DNA of 63,000 bases, filler included, from Nitrospirae bacterium MYbin3 (lineage in GTDB: Bacteria; Nitrospirota; Thermodesulfovibrionia; Thermodesulfovibrionales; Dissulfurispiraceae): assembly GCA_002753335.1 (NCBI GenBank). It is 3 parts of 3 records of this genome, joined end to end, with 100 filler letters (N's around TTAATTAATTAA, not from the genome) between each part and the next. Parts side by side here need not be neighbours in the genome. Positions count along the whole stretch, not along the records: positions 45,427 to 63,000 come from PEAD01000039.1; 2 more parts are not named here. One strand, given 5' to 3'. The translations under genes were made by a program, and so were the position numbers. Below the pieces are notes generated by a model. That model did not search any database and was not told the DNA's origin. It saw only the letters and a program-made list of their open reading frames with translations. Positions 48,888-58,631 of this stretch are shown piece after piece (positions within the stretch are counted from its first letter, which is position 1; each line of letters starts with the position of its first letter).

Positions 48888-49466
48888 ATGGCATACGCGG
48901 CAAAAGATTATGCAAAACTTATCGGTATGGAAGGTTTTAGCGAAACGCTTTTGAAAAATCATTTCACACTTTATCAGGGCTATGTTACGAATACGAACAA
49001 GGTTCTTGATACACTTGACCAGATGCTGAAAGACGGAAAGACCGCAACGCCAGAGTTTGCTGAACTAAAGAGAAGGCTGGGCTGGGAGTTCAATGGCATG
49101 AGGCTGCATGAACTTTATTTCGAAAATCTTGGTGGCAAAGGCGGGATTAACAAAGACGGCAAGCTCGCTAAGAAAATGGCCGAAGATTTCGGAAGTTATG
49201 AAGTGTGGGAAAAAGACTTTAAGGCAACCGGCACGATGAGAGGCATAGGCTGGGTGGCGTTGTATCAGGACTCAGCAAACGGCAAGCTTATCAATTTTTG
49301 GATAGGCGAGCATGACGTGTCTCATCCTGCAGGCTGCACTCCGCTTTTGATTATGGATGTTTTTGAACATGCTTTTATGATCGAGTACGGACTTAAACGG
49401 CCAGACTACATCGAATCATTTTTCAAAAATATTGATTGGGCTGCGGTAGAGGCGAGGATTAAATAA
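48888..49466 (+). CDS. Fe/Mn superoxide dismutase
   Basis: NHFTLYQGYV, LHELYFENL, GIGWV, MDVFEHAF metal ligands; AGGAGG RBS. Confidence 0.92.
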   Translation: MAYAAKDYAKLIGMEGFSETLLKNHFTLYQGYVTNTNKVLDTLDQMLKDGKTATPEFAELKRRLGWEFNGMRLHELYFENLGGKGGINKDGKLAKKMAEDFGSYEVWEKDFKATGTMRGIGWVALYQDSANGKLINFWIGEHDVSHPAGCTPLLIMDVFEHAFMIEYGLKRPDYIESFFKNIDWAAVEARIK

Positions 49467-49473
49467 GAAGTCT

Positions 49474-49668
49474 TTATCTGCCGTGCATCTTAAAGAAATT
49501 TGCTAAAGAGCGGTCATAGGTGCGCTCGTATTCCGCATTGAAGAAGCAGGCAGGAAGCTCGCCGTTTTTTCTATGGTAATGCAGGCATTCGCAGCATTTA
49601 TGCTTTCTTCCGCATGAGGAATATGTGCAGTTGCAGTGCTTTGCGTTTTTCTCAAAGGTGCATTCCAT
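49474..49668 (-). CDS. Small Cys-rich protein (DUF6485-like)
   Basis: CNCTY..C.R...CCECL.YH...ELPACFF...ERTYDRS. Confidence 0.75.
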   Translation of the reverse strand: MECTFEKNAKHCNCTYSSCGRKHKCCECLHYHRKNGELPACFFNAEYERTYDRSLANFFKMHGR

Positions 49669-49712
49669 GACGGTTAGTATATCATAAAAGCGCTTTGGGC
49701 TATAATAAGCAG

Positions 49713-50294
49713 ATGAAGCGATTTGTGGTTGCGATAACCGGCGCGAGCGGGTCTATATTTGGCGTGAGGCTTCTTGAAGAACTTCTGAATGTCGCTGAGG
49801 TCCACCTTGTAATTTCGAAAAATACGTTTCCGATAATAAAAGACGAAACAGGCCTCGACTGGGCCGCCAATACCGAATCTGTGGTAAGAAATCATTTTGC
49901 CTCAGACAAGCTTTTTTTTCATGAAGACTCAGACATGACATCTCCTCCTGCAAGCGGCTCATTCAAAACAGACGGGATGCTGGTGGTTCCCTGCTCGATG
50001 AAGACGCTTTCGGGAATAGCAAATGGTTATTCAAATAATCTGATAGAGCGTGCTGCAGATGTTACGATTAAGGAAGGCCGCGCACTGCTTATTTCACCCC
50101 GCGAAACCCCGTTCAGCGCAATACATCTCGAAAACATGCTGAAGCTTGCAAAGTTTGGCGTCCGGATCGTTCCGCCGGTGCCTGCGTTTTATCAAAAGCC
50201 TAAAGTGATTGACGACATCGTCGATTTTATCATTGGCAAAATACTTGATAGCATCGGCGTAGAACATAATCTTTTTACCAGATGGGGCTCATAA
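49713..50294 (+). CDS. ubiX: Flavin prenyltransferase
   Basis: AITGASG, ASGSF, PCSMKTL, RAADVTIKEGR, PRETP. Confidence 0.95.
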   Translation: MKRFVVAITGASGSIFGVRLLEELLNVAEVHLVISKNTFPIIKDETGLDWAANTESVVRNHFASDKLFFHEDSDMTSPPASGSFKTDGMLVVPCSMKTLSGIANGYSNNLIERAADVTIKEGRALLISPRETPFSAIHLENMLKLAKFGVRIVPPVPAFYQKPKVIDDIVDFIIGKILDSIGVEHNLFTRWGS

Positions 50295-50346
50295 ATTTAT
50301 GATTTGCATCATAGCGGAGCGCCCAGGTTTTTGATAAGATAAAATC

Positions 50347-50595
50347 ATGAAAGAAAGCTGCCCCGGAAGCAAAGAAATAACAAACCCGTATCCTGACGAA
50401 CTCGTATGCGCTTTCTGCACGCACAAGAACGAGATCTGGTCTGATGAGCCTGATATGAATTGCAAGGGCTGCGGCAAGACCATTACAAGGGATATGGCAC
50501 CCTCCTGCATTTCTTGGTGCCCGGCCGCAAAGGAATGCGTTGGTGTTGAAAAATACGAACGGCTGATGAGAAAAATAAAAGAGCAGTCCGCGTAA
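50347..50595 (+). CDS. Small Cys-rich zinc-ribbon-like protein
   Basis: CPGS, C..C...EIWSDE, C..CG, SCISWCPAAKEC. Confidence 0.75.
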   Translation: MKESCPGSKEITNPYPDELVCAFCTHKNEIWSDEPDMNCKGCGKTITRDMAPSCISWCPAAKECVGVEKYERLMRKIKEQSA

Positions 50596-50688
50596 ACAGG
50601 ATAAGGTAAGAGCCGTGACCTTACCTATTTAACAATATATCGTGCGTTTTGTTTGTCATCTCGTCAATAAATCCTGTATTCTAACCCT

Positions 50689-51624
50689 ATGATTGGTGTA
50701 TTGCTTTTGAACATGGGCGGCCCGGATTCGCTTGATGCAGTAAAGCCTTTTTTGCAGAACCTCTTTGCAGATAGGGATATAATAAGGCTCGGCCCGGCCT
50801 TTCTTCAAAAACCTATTGCATCCATAATTATCAGTCTTCGCTTAAAAAAAACGATCGAACTTTACAGCCTTATTGGCGGCAAATCCCCGCTTCCGGAAAT
50901 AACCTCGGCTCAGGCAAAGGCGCTCGAAAAGGCGCTTAACATCAAGATTTATCTAGGCATGAGATACTGGCATCCGTTTATCCCAGACACTTTAGCCGAG
51001 ATGAGGAAAGACGGCGTGACAAAAGTTCTTGCCGTAAGCCTCTATCCGCAGTATTCCGTTGCAACTACAGGTTCAACAGTCAAGATGTTCGAAAAGGCAG
51101 TGAAAGAACAGGGGATGGAATATTCCTGTATAATCTCATGGTTTGACCATTCCGTATATATCGATGCGCTTGTCGAAAAGATCGAAGAAGGGATTAAAGG
51201 ATTTGCTGAAAAACCTGTTGTTCTCTTTAGCGCCCACAGCCTGCCGCAGAAGTTCATTGACGAGGGCGATCCCTACGAAAAAGAGATAAGAGGGACGATA
51301 GATGCGATTGCAAAAAAACTGGACATGGATTGGCGGTTATCTTTTCAGAGCAAAACAGGGCCTGTAAAATGGCTTGAGCCTTCAACAGAAAAAATGCTCG
51401 AGATCCTTGCAGGGGAAAATATAAAAAATTTACTTGTGGTTCCGATAAGCTTTGTGTCGGACCATATAGAAACGCTCTATGAAATAGATATCCTGTACAA
51501 AGACATGGCAAAAGGGCTCGGCATAAACCTTAAAAGAACAGAATCGCTTAATGTTTCGCCTAAATTTATAAGCGCTCTCGCAGATATTGTCATCACAAAA
51601 ACAAAGGAGTTAAGCTGGCTATGA
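50689..51624 (+). CDS. hemH: Ferrochelatase
   Basis: LLNMGGP, GMRYWHP, LYPQYS, FSAHSLP, SFVSDHIETLYEID. Confidence 0.96.
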   Translation: MIGVLLLNMGGPDSLDAVKPFLQNLFADRDIIRLGPAFLQKPIASIIISLRLKKTIELYSLIGGKSPLPEITSAQAKALEKALNIKIYLGMRYWHPFIPDTLAEMRKDGVTKVLAVSLYPQYSVATTGSTVKMFEKAVKEQGMEYSCIISWFDHSVYIDALVEKIEEGIKGFAEKPVVLFSAHSLPQKFIDEGDPYEKEIRGTIDAIAKKLDMDWRLSFQSKTGPVKWLEPSTEKMLEILAGENIKNLLVVPISFVSDHIETLYEIDILYKDMAKGLGINLKRTESLNVSPKFISALADIVITKTKELSWL

Positions 51625-52985
51625 AAATAACTATCGTGGGTGGAGGAGTTTCGGGGCTCAGCCTCGCATACGAACTTCTTCAGAAAAATCCGGAGCTCGA
51701 TTTGCTGGTGCTTGAGGCTGCGGAACGGGTTGGCGGCAAGATATGGACGGTGAGAAAAGAGGGCTTTCTTTGCGAAGCGGGAGTAAACGGTTTTTTGGAC
51801 AACAAGTCCGGAACATTAAAACTGGCATCAAGGCTGAATATTTCGCCGCTCAGGAGCGACGACAACTCGCGCAAAAGATTTATTTTTAGCGAGGGCAAAC
51901 TCAGACAGCTGCCCGAAACGCCGCCGTCATTTTTCATGTCAGATTTTATGAGCCTTAGCGGAAGGCTGCGTATGATAGGAGAGTTTTTCGTACCGCAGCA
52001 AAAGAAAGATGACGAAACGCTTGAAGATTTTGCTGTGCGCCGCGTGGGTAGAGAATTTTTTGAAAAGCTTCTCGACCCAATGGCCTCGGGAGTTTATGCA
52101 GGAGATCCTTCAAAGCTCAGCATCAGGAGCTGTTTTACAAAGGTTTATGACCTAGAGCATAAATACGGCGGCCTTATAAAAGGGTTTATGGCGATGGCCA
52201 AAGAAAAGAAAAAAACAGGCAAAAAGGTTGAGGCCGGCCCCGGCGGGGTGCTGCACTCTTTTCCGGGCGGGATGTACAGCCTGATAGATTCGATACGAAA
52301 ATCGCTCGGAGGCAGGGTTCTAACCGGCAAGAAAGTTAAAGGAATAGAAAAAACCGGCGCTGGCTATTCTGTTTTTTGTGAAGATGGCAGCAGATACGAA
52401 TCTGATATTGCTGTTATAGCTTCTCCTGCAATCGATACCGCAGAAATGATCCGGGACATGGATAAAGAAATAAACAGGGTACTAAAAGAAATTCCTTATC
52501 CGCCATTGTCTGTAGCCTGCCTCGGTTTCAAAAAAGAAAAGCTGCAAGGGCTTGACCTTAACTGTTTCGGGTATCTTGTTCCGGGTAGAGAAAAAAGAAA
52601 AATTCTCGGCACTCTTTACGACTCGAGCATCTTTCCTGACCGCGCTCCAGAAGGCTTTGTTTTGTTGAGAACTATGATCGGCGGGGCAAGGTATCCTGAG
52701 CTTGCGATGCTTGATGATGAAAAACTTTATGCGGTTGTGCTTTCTGAGCTAAAGCAGATTATGGGCCTGAACGCCGAGCCTGATTTTATGCAGATATTCA
52801 GGTGGGAACGCGCTATTCCTCAGTATGTCTTGGGACACCACGAGCGCCTCGCAAGGCTTGATGCCGCTGCAGAAAAACACAAAGGATTTTATTTAACAGG
52901 CAATGCATACCGCGGGGTTGCTGTAAATGATTGCATAGCTAACAGTATTGAACTTGCCGAGAAGATCGCCTCACACGGAGGCTAA
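51621..52985 (+). CDS. hemY: HemY-type proto/coproporphyrinogen oxidase
   Basis: GGGVSGL FAD motif, GVYAGDP..LS, FGYLVP, AIPQY, GVAVNDCI. Confidence 0.93.
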   Translation: MKITIVGGGVSGLSLAYELLQKNPELDLLVLEAAERVGGKIWTVRKEGFLCEAGVNGFLDNKSGTLKLASRLNISPLRSDDNSRKRFIFSEGKLRQLPETPPSFFMSDFMSLSGRLRMIGEFFVPQQKKDDETLEDFAVRRVGREFFEKLLDPMASGVYAGDPSKLSIRSCFTKVYDLEHKYGGLIKGFMAMAKEKKKTGKKVEAGPGGVLHSFPGGMYSLIDSIRKSLGGRVLTGKKVKGIEKTGAGYSVFCEDGSRYESDIAVIASPAIDTAEMIRDMDKEINRVLKEIPYPPLSVACLGFKKEKLQGLDLNCFGYLVPGREKRKILGTLYDSSIFPDRAPEGFVLLRTMIGGARYPELAMLDDEKLYAVVLSELKQIMGLNAEPDFMQIFRWERAIPQYVLGHHERLARLDAAAEKHKGFYLTGNAYRGVAVNDCIANSIELAEKIASHGG

Positions 52986-52993
52986 CAGGTGCG

Positions 52994-53494
52994 TCATAAA
53001 CTGCTAGCCACTATGCGGTTAGCGTCTTCAGCAACAAGGTGGCAGTCAACCCGCAGCGGATGATTTTTGATGCGGCTTTCGGTCTGTTTTTTTGCGGCAT
53101 GGCATATTTTTCTTAATACATCGAATCGTTTAGCGTAGTAAAGCCATGGGAAAAGGTCGTTGATAGATGCAGCTTTAAAAGGCTCGAACTCCTGCCTGCC
53201 CACTCCTGCTTTTGACAAAACAACAAACGAATCTGAAGCCGAAGGGGTTGCTTCACGCCAAAGAGATATCTTCAAAAGATTTTCCCATGCAAGCGACAGA
53301 TGAATCTTAAACAATCTCGCTTGAAGCGAACTGTTTAAATCCTCAACAACCGCCGCAACCCTCGAAAAAAGGCTGTTAGCAGTATCTGCCAAAAGATAGG
53401 CATCCTCGCTGAACCGATATAATTCTTTGTGCGCATTTCTGGCAACGGGGCTGTCGCAGATTACCAACTCCGGAGCGTCTTTAATTTCCGGCAC
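52994..53494 (-). CDS. Hypothetical protein downstream of nusB
   Basis: GTG start at 53494 with AAGGAG RBS inside the nusB 3' end; 166 aa. Confidence 0.6.
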   Translation of the reverse strand: MPEIKDAPELVICDSPVARNAHKELYRFSEDAYLLADTANSLFSRVAAVVEDLNSSLQARLFKIHLSLAWENLLKISLWREATPSASDSFVVLSKAGVGRQEFEPFKAASINDLFPWLYYAKRFDVLRKICHAAKKQTESRIKNHPLRVDCHLVAEDANRIVASSL

Positions 53495-53933
53495 AATGCT
53501 CCTTGGATATCTTATCGAGTATCCCGTTAATGAAAGAGGCGGATTCGGCCGTGGAATATTTTTTTGCAATTTCGAGGGCTTCGTTTATGGTTACTGCAGA
53601 TGGAATATCTTTTCTGTGCAAGAGCTCATAAACAGCCGCGCGCAGTATGTTGCGGTCAACCGATGCGATTCGTGAGAGTTTCCAATGTTCAGCAACTTCC
53701 TGAATGAGTTTATCTAAATCCCCAAGATGTTTAATAGTGCCTTTTATTATGTCTTCGGCAAAGGATTTAATGTGCGGGTCTTTCTCGCCTGTTTCGTGCC
53801 AGAAAGTGTTAACAGCAGCGTACATATCGTTATTTATTTGCGCGTCCGAGACCGCATTATTGGAAGTATCGTCTAAAAAGTCGATTCTGTATAAAAACTG
53901 GAGGGCATACTCCCGGGACTTCCTGCGTTTCAT
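53481..53933 (-). CDS. nusB: Transcription antitermination factor NusB
   Basis: RRKSREYALQFLY, DRNILR, INEALEIAKKYS, FINGILD. Confidence 0.96.
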   Translation of the reverse strand: MKRRKSREYALQFLYRIDFLDDTSNNAVSDAQINNDMYAAVNTFWHETGEKDPHIKSFAEDIIKGTIKHLGDLDKLIQEVAEHWKLSRIASVDRNILRAAVYELLHRKDIPSAVTINEALEIAKKYSTAESASFINGILDKISKEHCAGN

Positions 53934-53944
53934 TCAGCCTAACG

Positions 53945-54406
53945 CTAAAGCTGTTTTATAACTTGGGCCATCTCTATGGCCGTAATAGCCGCATCCCAGC
54001 CCTTGTTGCCTGCCTTTGTGCCTGCGCGTTCGACAGCCTGCTCGATCGTGTCTGATGTTATAACACCGAATGCTATCGGAACTCCGGTATCAAGCGATGC
54101 CGAGGCAACACCTTTAGAAACCTCTCCAGCAACATAATCGAAATGAGGAGTGGCCCCCCTAATCACCGTGCCGAGGCATATCACAGCATCAAGTTTGCCC
54201 TTTGAAGCCAGTTTCTTTGCAGCAAGGGGGATTTCGAACGCACCCGGAACTTTTACCACCTGAATATCTTTTTCATCCGCGCCGTGTCTTACAAGGGCAT
54301 CAAGCGAGCCTTCTAACAGCCTCGATGTTATAAAGTCGTTGAACCTGCTTACAACTATACCGAACTTGAGACCTTTTGCCTGAAGCTCGCCTTCTATTAT
54401 TTTCAT
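53945..54406 (-). CDS. ribH: Lumazine synthase
   Basis: [31 protein letters not shown]. Confidence 0.97.
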   Translation of the reverse strand: MKIIEGELQAKGLKFGIVVSRFNDFITSRLLEGSLDALVRHGADEKDIQVVKVPGAFEIPLAAKKLASKGKLDAVICLGTVIRGATPHFDYVAGEVSKGVASASLDTGVPIAFGVITSDTIEQAVERAGTKAGNKGWDAAITAIEMAQVIKQL

Positions 54407-54459
54407 AGGAACCTCCGAAGTTTATTTTTAAAGCATATGAAGGAACATTTTAACATACT

Positions 54460-55587
54460 CTAAGGATAAAACAGCTCGAATCGTCTCGTTCTCACACTTA
54501 TAAGAATTCCTGCGGCGATGAAATTGCTCAAAAGAGATGTGCCGCCATAGCTCATAAACGGCAGCGGTACGCCGACAACCGGCGTCATGCCTAGCGTCAT
54601 TCCGATATTCACGGTGAAATATACGAAAAACATTGATGTCACACCTGTTGCTAAAAGCCTCCCGTATTCATCTTTTGCCTTCATTGCGGTATCAATCCCG
54701 CGAAGAAATAATGTCAGGTAAATTCCCACAAGGAAGATGCTTCCGCTAAATCCCCATTCTTCGGCAAACACAGCGAAAATAAAATCGGTATGTTTTTCGG
54801 GCAGAAATCTGAGCGGCCCCTGAGTGCCTTTAAGATAGCCTTTTCCTGTCAATCCGCCGGACCCTATCGATATCTTTGACTGGGCAATATGATAACCTAT
54901 CCCTGCAGGGTCAACCTCAGGATCTATAAAAGCGATAAGCCTGTTTTTCTGATAATCTTTCAGTCCATCCCAAGCGATGTTTCCGAAAAAAGGTATCGAA
55001 ACAAGTCCGATAACGAGGATGGCTGTCATTATTCTCCGGCTTATGCCTTTTGCTAAAGACAGGCTGACGAACAGTGCTGACAGCAGAATTGCGGTGCCCA
55101 GATCCGGCTGCTTTATAACAAGGATCATCGGGAAAAGCGCAAAAACAAAGATGGCGGATGCAGGTAATCTGCCTTTAAGCTCCTCCCCGCGATTTACGAG
55201 ATATGCAGAAAAGGCGATGATGAACATCATCCTGAAAAATTCGGAGGGCTGAAAAGACAGAGGGCCTATATTTAGCCATCTTCTGGCGCCAAGGCTAGTT
55301 CTGCCGGCAAATAGCACTATCGTTAAAAGCATCAACCCTATGCCATACAAGGGATATGCAAACTTGTAAAACCAGCGGTAATCAAAAAAGACCACCACAA
55401 AAAGCGCGGCAATGCTGATAGTAAGCCATAAAATTTGTTTCAGGTAAAAATCTGAATGCTCCCCAACGCCTGCAGGAGGCCTTGTAGCGCTGTAAATAGT
55501 GGATATGCCGATAAGGGCCAGCGCAATTATTATCGCAAAAGTTAGCCAGTCAAAATTTTTTGTAAGCCGTCTATCAATCGCTATCAT
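54460..55587 (-). CDS. rodA: Rod shape-determining protein RodA
   Basis: GARRW, FQPSEF, QPDLGTA, LPEKHTDFIF, LPFMSYGGTS. Confidence 0.96.
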   Translation of the reverse strand: MIAIDRRLTKNFDWLTFAIIIALALIGISTIYSATRPPAGVGEHSDFYLKQILWLTISIAALFVVVFFDYRWFYKFAYPLYGIGLMLLTIVLFAGRTSLGARRWLNIGPLSFQPSEFFRMMFIIAFSAYLVNRGEELKGRLPASAIFVFALFPMILVIKQPDLGTAILLSALFVSLSLAKGISRRIMTAILVIGLVSIPFFGNIAWDGLKDYQKNRLIAFIDPEVDPAGIGYHIAQSKISIGSGGLTGKGYLKGTQGPLRFLPEKHTDFIFAVFAEEWGFSGSIFLVGIYLTLFLRGIDTAMKAKDEYGRLLATGVTSMFFVYFTVNIGMTLGMTPVVGVPLPFMSYGGTSLLSNFIAAGILISVRTRRFELFYP

Positions 55588-57343
55588 TAGGACGATTTTC
55601 CTGTTCTTTTTTTGTATCTTCTTTTTTGAAATATGCCTCTATGGCCTTCTTCGCTATCGGCGCGGCCACAGCGCCGCCGCCGCCGCCGTGCTCAACAAAT
55701 ACCGCGACCGCAATTTCGGGATTTTCTACAGGAGCAAACGCCACAAACCAGGCGTGGTCCATAAAGCGTTCACCCCCAAGCCCCTTTCGCTTGCTGACAA
55801 CCTGTGCTGTGCCTGTTTTTCCGCCGGTCAATACAATAGCTGACTTTGCTCCCTTTGCGGTGCCGTTCGGTTCATTAACAACGCCCTGAAGTGCATCTTT
55901 GATCATCTTTATCGTCTCAGGCTTTAATTTTACAGCATCTTTCGGCAGGCTGCCTCCTTTTATCAGGGTAGGCTTGCATACGCTGCCGTTATTTGCAACC
56001 GCAGCCATAACGCTCGCCATCTGTATTGGTGTTGTAGATACAAAACCCTGGCCGATGGCAGAGATGAAGGTATCTCCTAAAAACCACGAAAGTTTTTTCT
56101 TTTCCCGCTTCCACTGAGGGTTAGGGACTAAGCCCTTGCTTTCTTTAACAGGAGGAAGCTCCACACCTGTTTCTTTGCCGAGACCCAAGGCGACAGCATA
56201 CTTATAAATTTTATCCATGCCGAGTCTTTTGCCAACTTCGTAGAAATAGACATCGCAGGATTCAACTATGCCGCGATGAAAGTCAACGCTGCCGTGCCCC
56301 CCTTTTTTCCAGCATCCGAAGGTCCATTTCCCAAAGCCGAGCCCTCCGGTGCAGGTGAACTTCATATCAGGTTTTACTGCCTCCTCTTCCAAAGCCGTGA
56401 TTGCTGTTACTATCTTGAATGTAGATCCCGGCGGGTATTGGCTTTGCAGCGCCCTGTTCAGAAGCGGTTTTTTTTTGTTCTCGGTCAGCGCCTTCCAGTC
56501 TTGGGGTGCGACGCCCATAACAAAAACATTTGGATCAAAAGAGGGCAGGCTTTCTAGAGCGAGTATCTCTCCCGAAGCCGGTTTAATTGCGACCAAAGCT
56601 CCAGCTTTTTCTCCAAACGCATTCTCGATCGCTTTATGGATGTTTATATCAATGCTCAAATGAATGTCGCCGCCTTTTATCGCCTGCTTTTGCTGTATAA
56701 GCCTTAACTCTCGGCCCAAAGCGTCTATTTCTACAATCCTTTCTCCGGGAGTTCCGCGAAGCCTTTCATCATGCAATGCCTCTGCCCCCCATTGCCCTAT
56801 AAGCGCGTCGGGAGGAAAGTGTTTTAGGTCCGGTCTGGTAAGCTGTGCCTGAGTAATCTTTCCCAAATAACCGATGACATGGCTCCCGCTTTTGCCGAAG
56901 AGATATTCCCTACCCACTTCTGTTTCGACAAAAAGCCCCGGGAAATCGGAGCGCATAGCTTCGATGCGGGCTATATCGTTGAAATTCAGGCCCAGCTTGA
57001 GTTTGATAGGCACAAACGGACTGTTGTCTTTTTTGTTGAGCTTTTCCTCAATCTCCTGCGCCGGCATTTCAAGCAGTCCGGCCAAGGCATTGCGATCCAG
57101 ATTTTTCAGGTTTTCCGGAACTATCGAAACACTGAAAGTTGGTATGTTTTTTACCAGCGGCACGCCGTTTCTGTCATAAATTATGCCGCGGGGCGCAGGG
57201 CTTTTGATTATCCGGAGCCTGTTGTTTTCTGATAATTTCTGGTACTGCTCTCTATGCAGTATCTGAAGATACCCAAGCCTGAAGACAAAAAGCGCTATAA
57301 CCGCCGCTATAATTAGCGAGCCTATTTTAATTCTCGTTATCAT
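55574..57343 (-). CDS. mrdA: Penicillin-binding protein 2
   Basis: APRGIIYDRNG, PGSTFK (SxxK), SCDVYFY, KTGTAQ. Confidence 0.96.
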   Translation of the reverse strand: MITRIKIGSLIIAAVIALFVFRLGYLQILHREQYQKLSENNRLRIIKSPAPRGIIYDRNGVPLVKNIPTFSVSIVPENLKNLDRNALAGLLEMPAQEIEEKLNKKDNSPFVPIKLKLGLNFNDIARIEAMRSDFPGLFVETEVGREYLFGKSGSHVIGYLGKITQAQLTRPDLKHFPPDALIGQWGAEALHDERLRGTPGERIVEIDALGRELRLIQQKQAIKGGDIHLSIDINIHKAIENAFGEKAGALVAIKPASGEILALESLPSFDPNVFVMGVAPQDWKALTENKKKPLLNRALQSQYPPGSTFKIVTAITALEEEAVKPDMKFTCTGGLGFGKWTFGCWKKGGHGSVDFHRGIVESCDVYFYEVGKRLGMDKIYKYAVALGLGKETGVELPPVKESKGLVPNPQWKREKKKLSWFLGDTFISAIGQGFVSTTPIQMASVMAAVANNGSVCKPTLIKGGSLPKDAVKLKPETIKMIKDALQGVVNEPNGTAKGAKSAIVLTGGKTGTAQVVSKRKGLGGERFMDHAWFVAFAPVENPEIAVAVFVEHGGGGGAVAAPIAKKAIEAYFKKEDTKKEQENRPNDSD

Positions 57344-57840
57344 TCGGAGCGAGAGGACAAGGGTTTAATTATTAAAGCAAAGGGAAGACTGACAAGGCAC
57401 TGGAAGACTACGACCTTCAAGATCTGGGCATTGTTTATTATGGTTTCCCCAAACATGCTTCTGGCTCCAGCCACTGCCCAGCTATCAAAAAATGTAAATA
57501 AGGCCAAGAGCGCTGCGGCCCATGCGGGTGTCCAGCGGAACACAATTTCGGTATAAATAAAAGGTGTTGCAAAGCCTATCAGGCCTTTACTGATAAGCGA
57601 CGGGCCTATCAGGCTGCCTGTCAGTGCATCCTCAAAAAATCCGATCAATGCTCCGAATCCGGCGCTTTCAAGTTCTATTCCAACAGGGAAAAATTTTTTG
57701 GAAGATATTCTGCTTAGACTCTCTACCCCGAAATAATAGACCAGTATAACGGTGGGGTTAAACAAGGCAGAAAAAGAAGAAAACTGCGTATGGATAAAAA
57801 AAGCGCCCACAGCAAGCAAACACCATTTTAAAGCGATCAT
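57340..57840 (-). CDS. mreD: MreD-like membrane protein
   Basis: Hydrophobic, G.F.D...G...G motif, position between mreC and mrdA. Confidence 0.75.
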   Translation of the reverse strand: MIALKWCLLAVGAFFIHTQFSSFSALFNPTVILVYYFGVESLSRISSKKFFPVGIELESAGFGALIGFFEDALTGSLIGPSLISKGLIGFATPFIYTEIVFRWTPAWAAALLALFTFFDSWAVAGARSMFGETIINNAQILKVVVFQCLVSLPFALIIKPLSSRSE

Positions 57841-58628
57841 TTTCGGATTACCGCATTTTTTAGTATTACCACTTCTTCAAGTTTTGCTGCTGACTGAAAG
57901 GGCAGCACATCTATCTGCTGGAAAAACTCCACCCCCTCTTTTTTTACGCTTCCAACAACACCGACCAGCAATCCGGGAGGGAATACCCCGTCGAGGCCTG
58001 ATGTTACAACAACCTCACCCACTTCCACATTTTCTTCGGGCGGAATGTATCTGAGTGTGCATAGGCTGTAGCCTGTGCCCGAAATGATTCCCTCTGCCCT
58101 GCTGTTTTGAAGCCTGACCGCTGCCGAAAAGTTTGCATCTTTAAGCAAAAGAATCTCGGAATAGCCCTCTTTTGCTGAGTAAACCTTTCCGGCGAGCCCT
58201 TTTGGGGTAATGGCTGCCATACCTTTTCCCACCCCGTCTTTGTGCCCTTTATCGATGATTACCAGATTCAGAAGCCTGTCATATCCCTTAGATACAACCT
58301 TGGCCGCAGCCACAAAAGAATGCTCCTGCGACCTAAGCGCAAGAACTTCTTTAAGCCTTTCATTCTCCCGAACCATTTCTGTGTAATGCTGCTTTTCTGC
58401 AAGCATTTTTGCCTGTTCGCTTTTAAGCATATTGTTTTCATCAACGCAGTTCCAGGCATTTTTTGCTGAAGCTCCTATGTCGAATATGGTTTTGTTTAAA
58501 ATATTAAAAGGGTATGTGATAACTGCGCTAAAAGGGTTTGAGGTGTTGCCGTGTTGCAGAGTCATGAGGGTGAGCGCAAACAGTATAAGACCTAGGAATA
58601 GTGCAGCTCTTTTTTTCCCTTTAGACAT
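57837..58628 (-). CDS. mreC: Rod shape-determining protein MreC
   Basis: TM, coiled coil ENERLK, IDKG..DGV, TSGLDGVFPPG. Confidence 0.95.
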   Translation of the reverse strand: MSKGKKRAALFLGLILFALTLMTLQHGNTSNPFSAVITYPFNILNKTIFDIGASAKNAWNCVDENNMLKSEQAKMLAEKQHYTEMVRENERLKEVLALRSQEHSFVAAAKVVSKGYDRLLNLVIIDKGHKDGVGKGMAAITPKGLAGKVYSAKEGYSEILLLKDANFSAAVRLQNSRAEGIISGTGYSLCTLRYIPPEENVEVGEVVVTSGLDGVFPPGLLVGVVGSVKKEGVEFFQQIDVLPFQSAAKLEEVVILKNAVIRK

Positions 58629-58631
58629 TAA

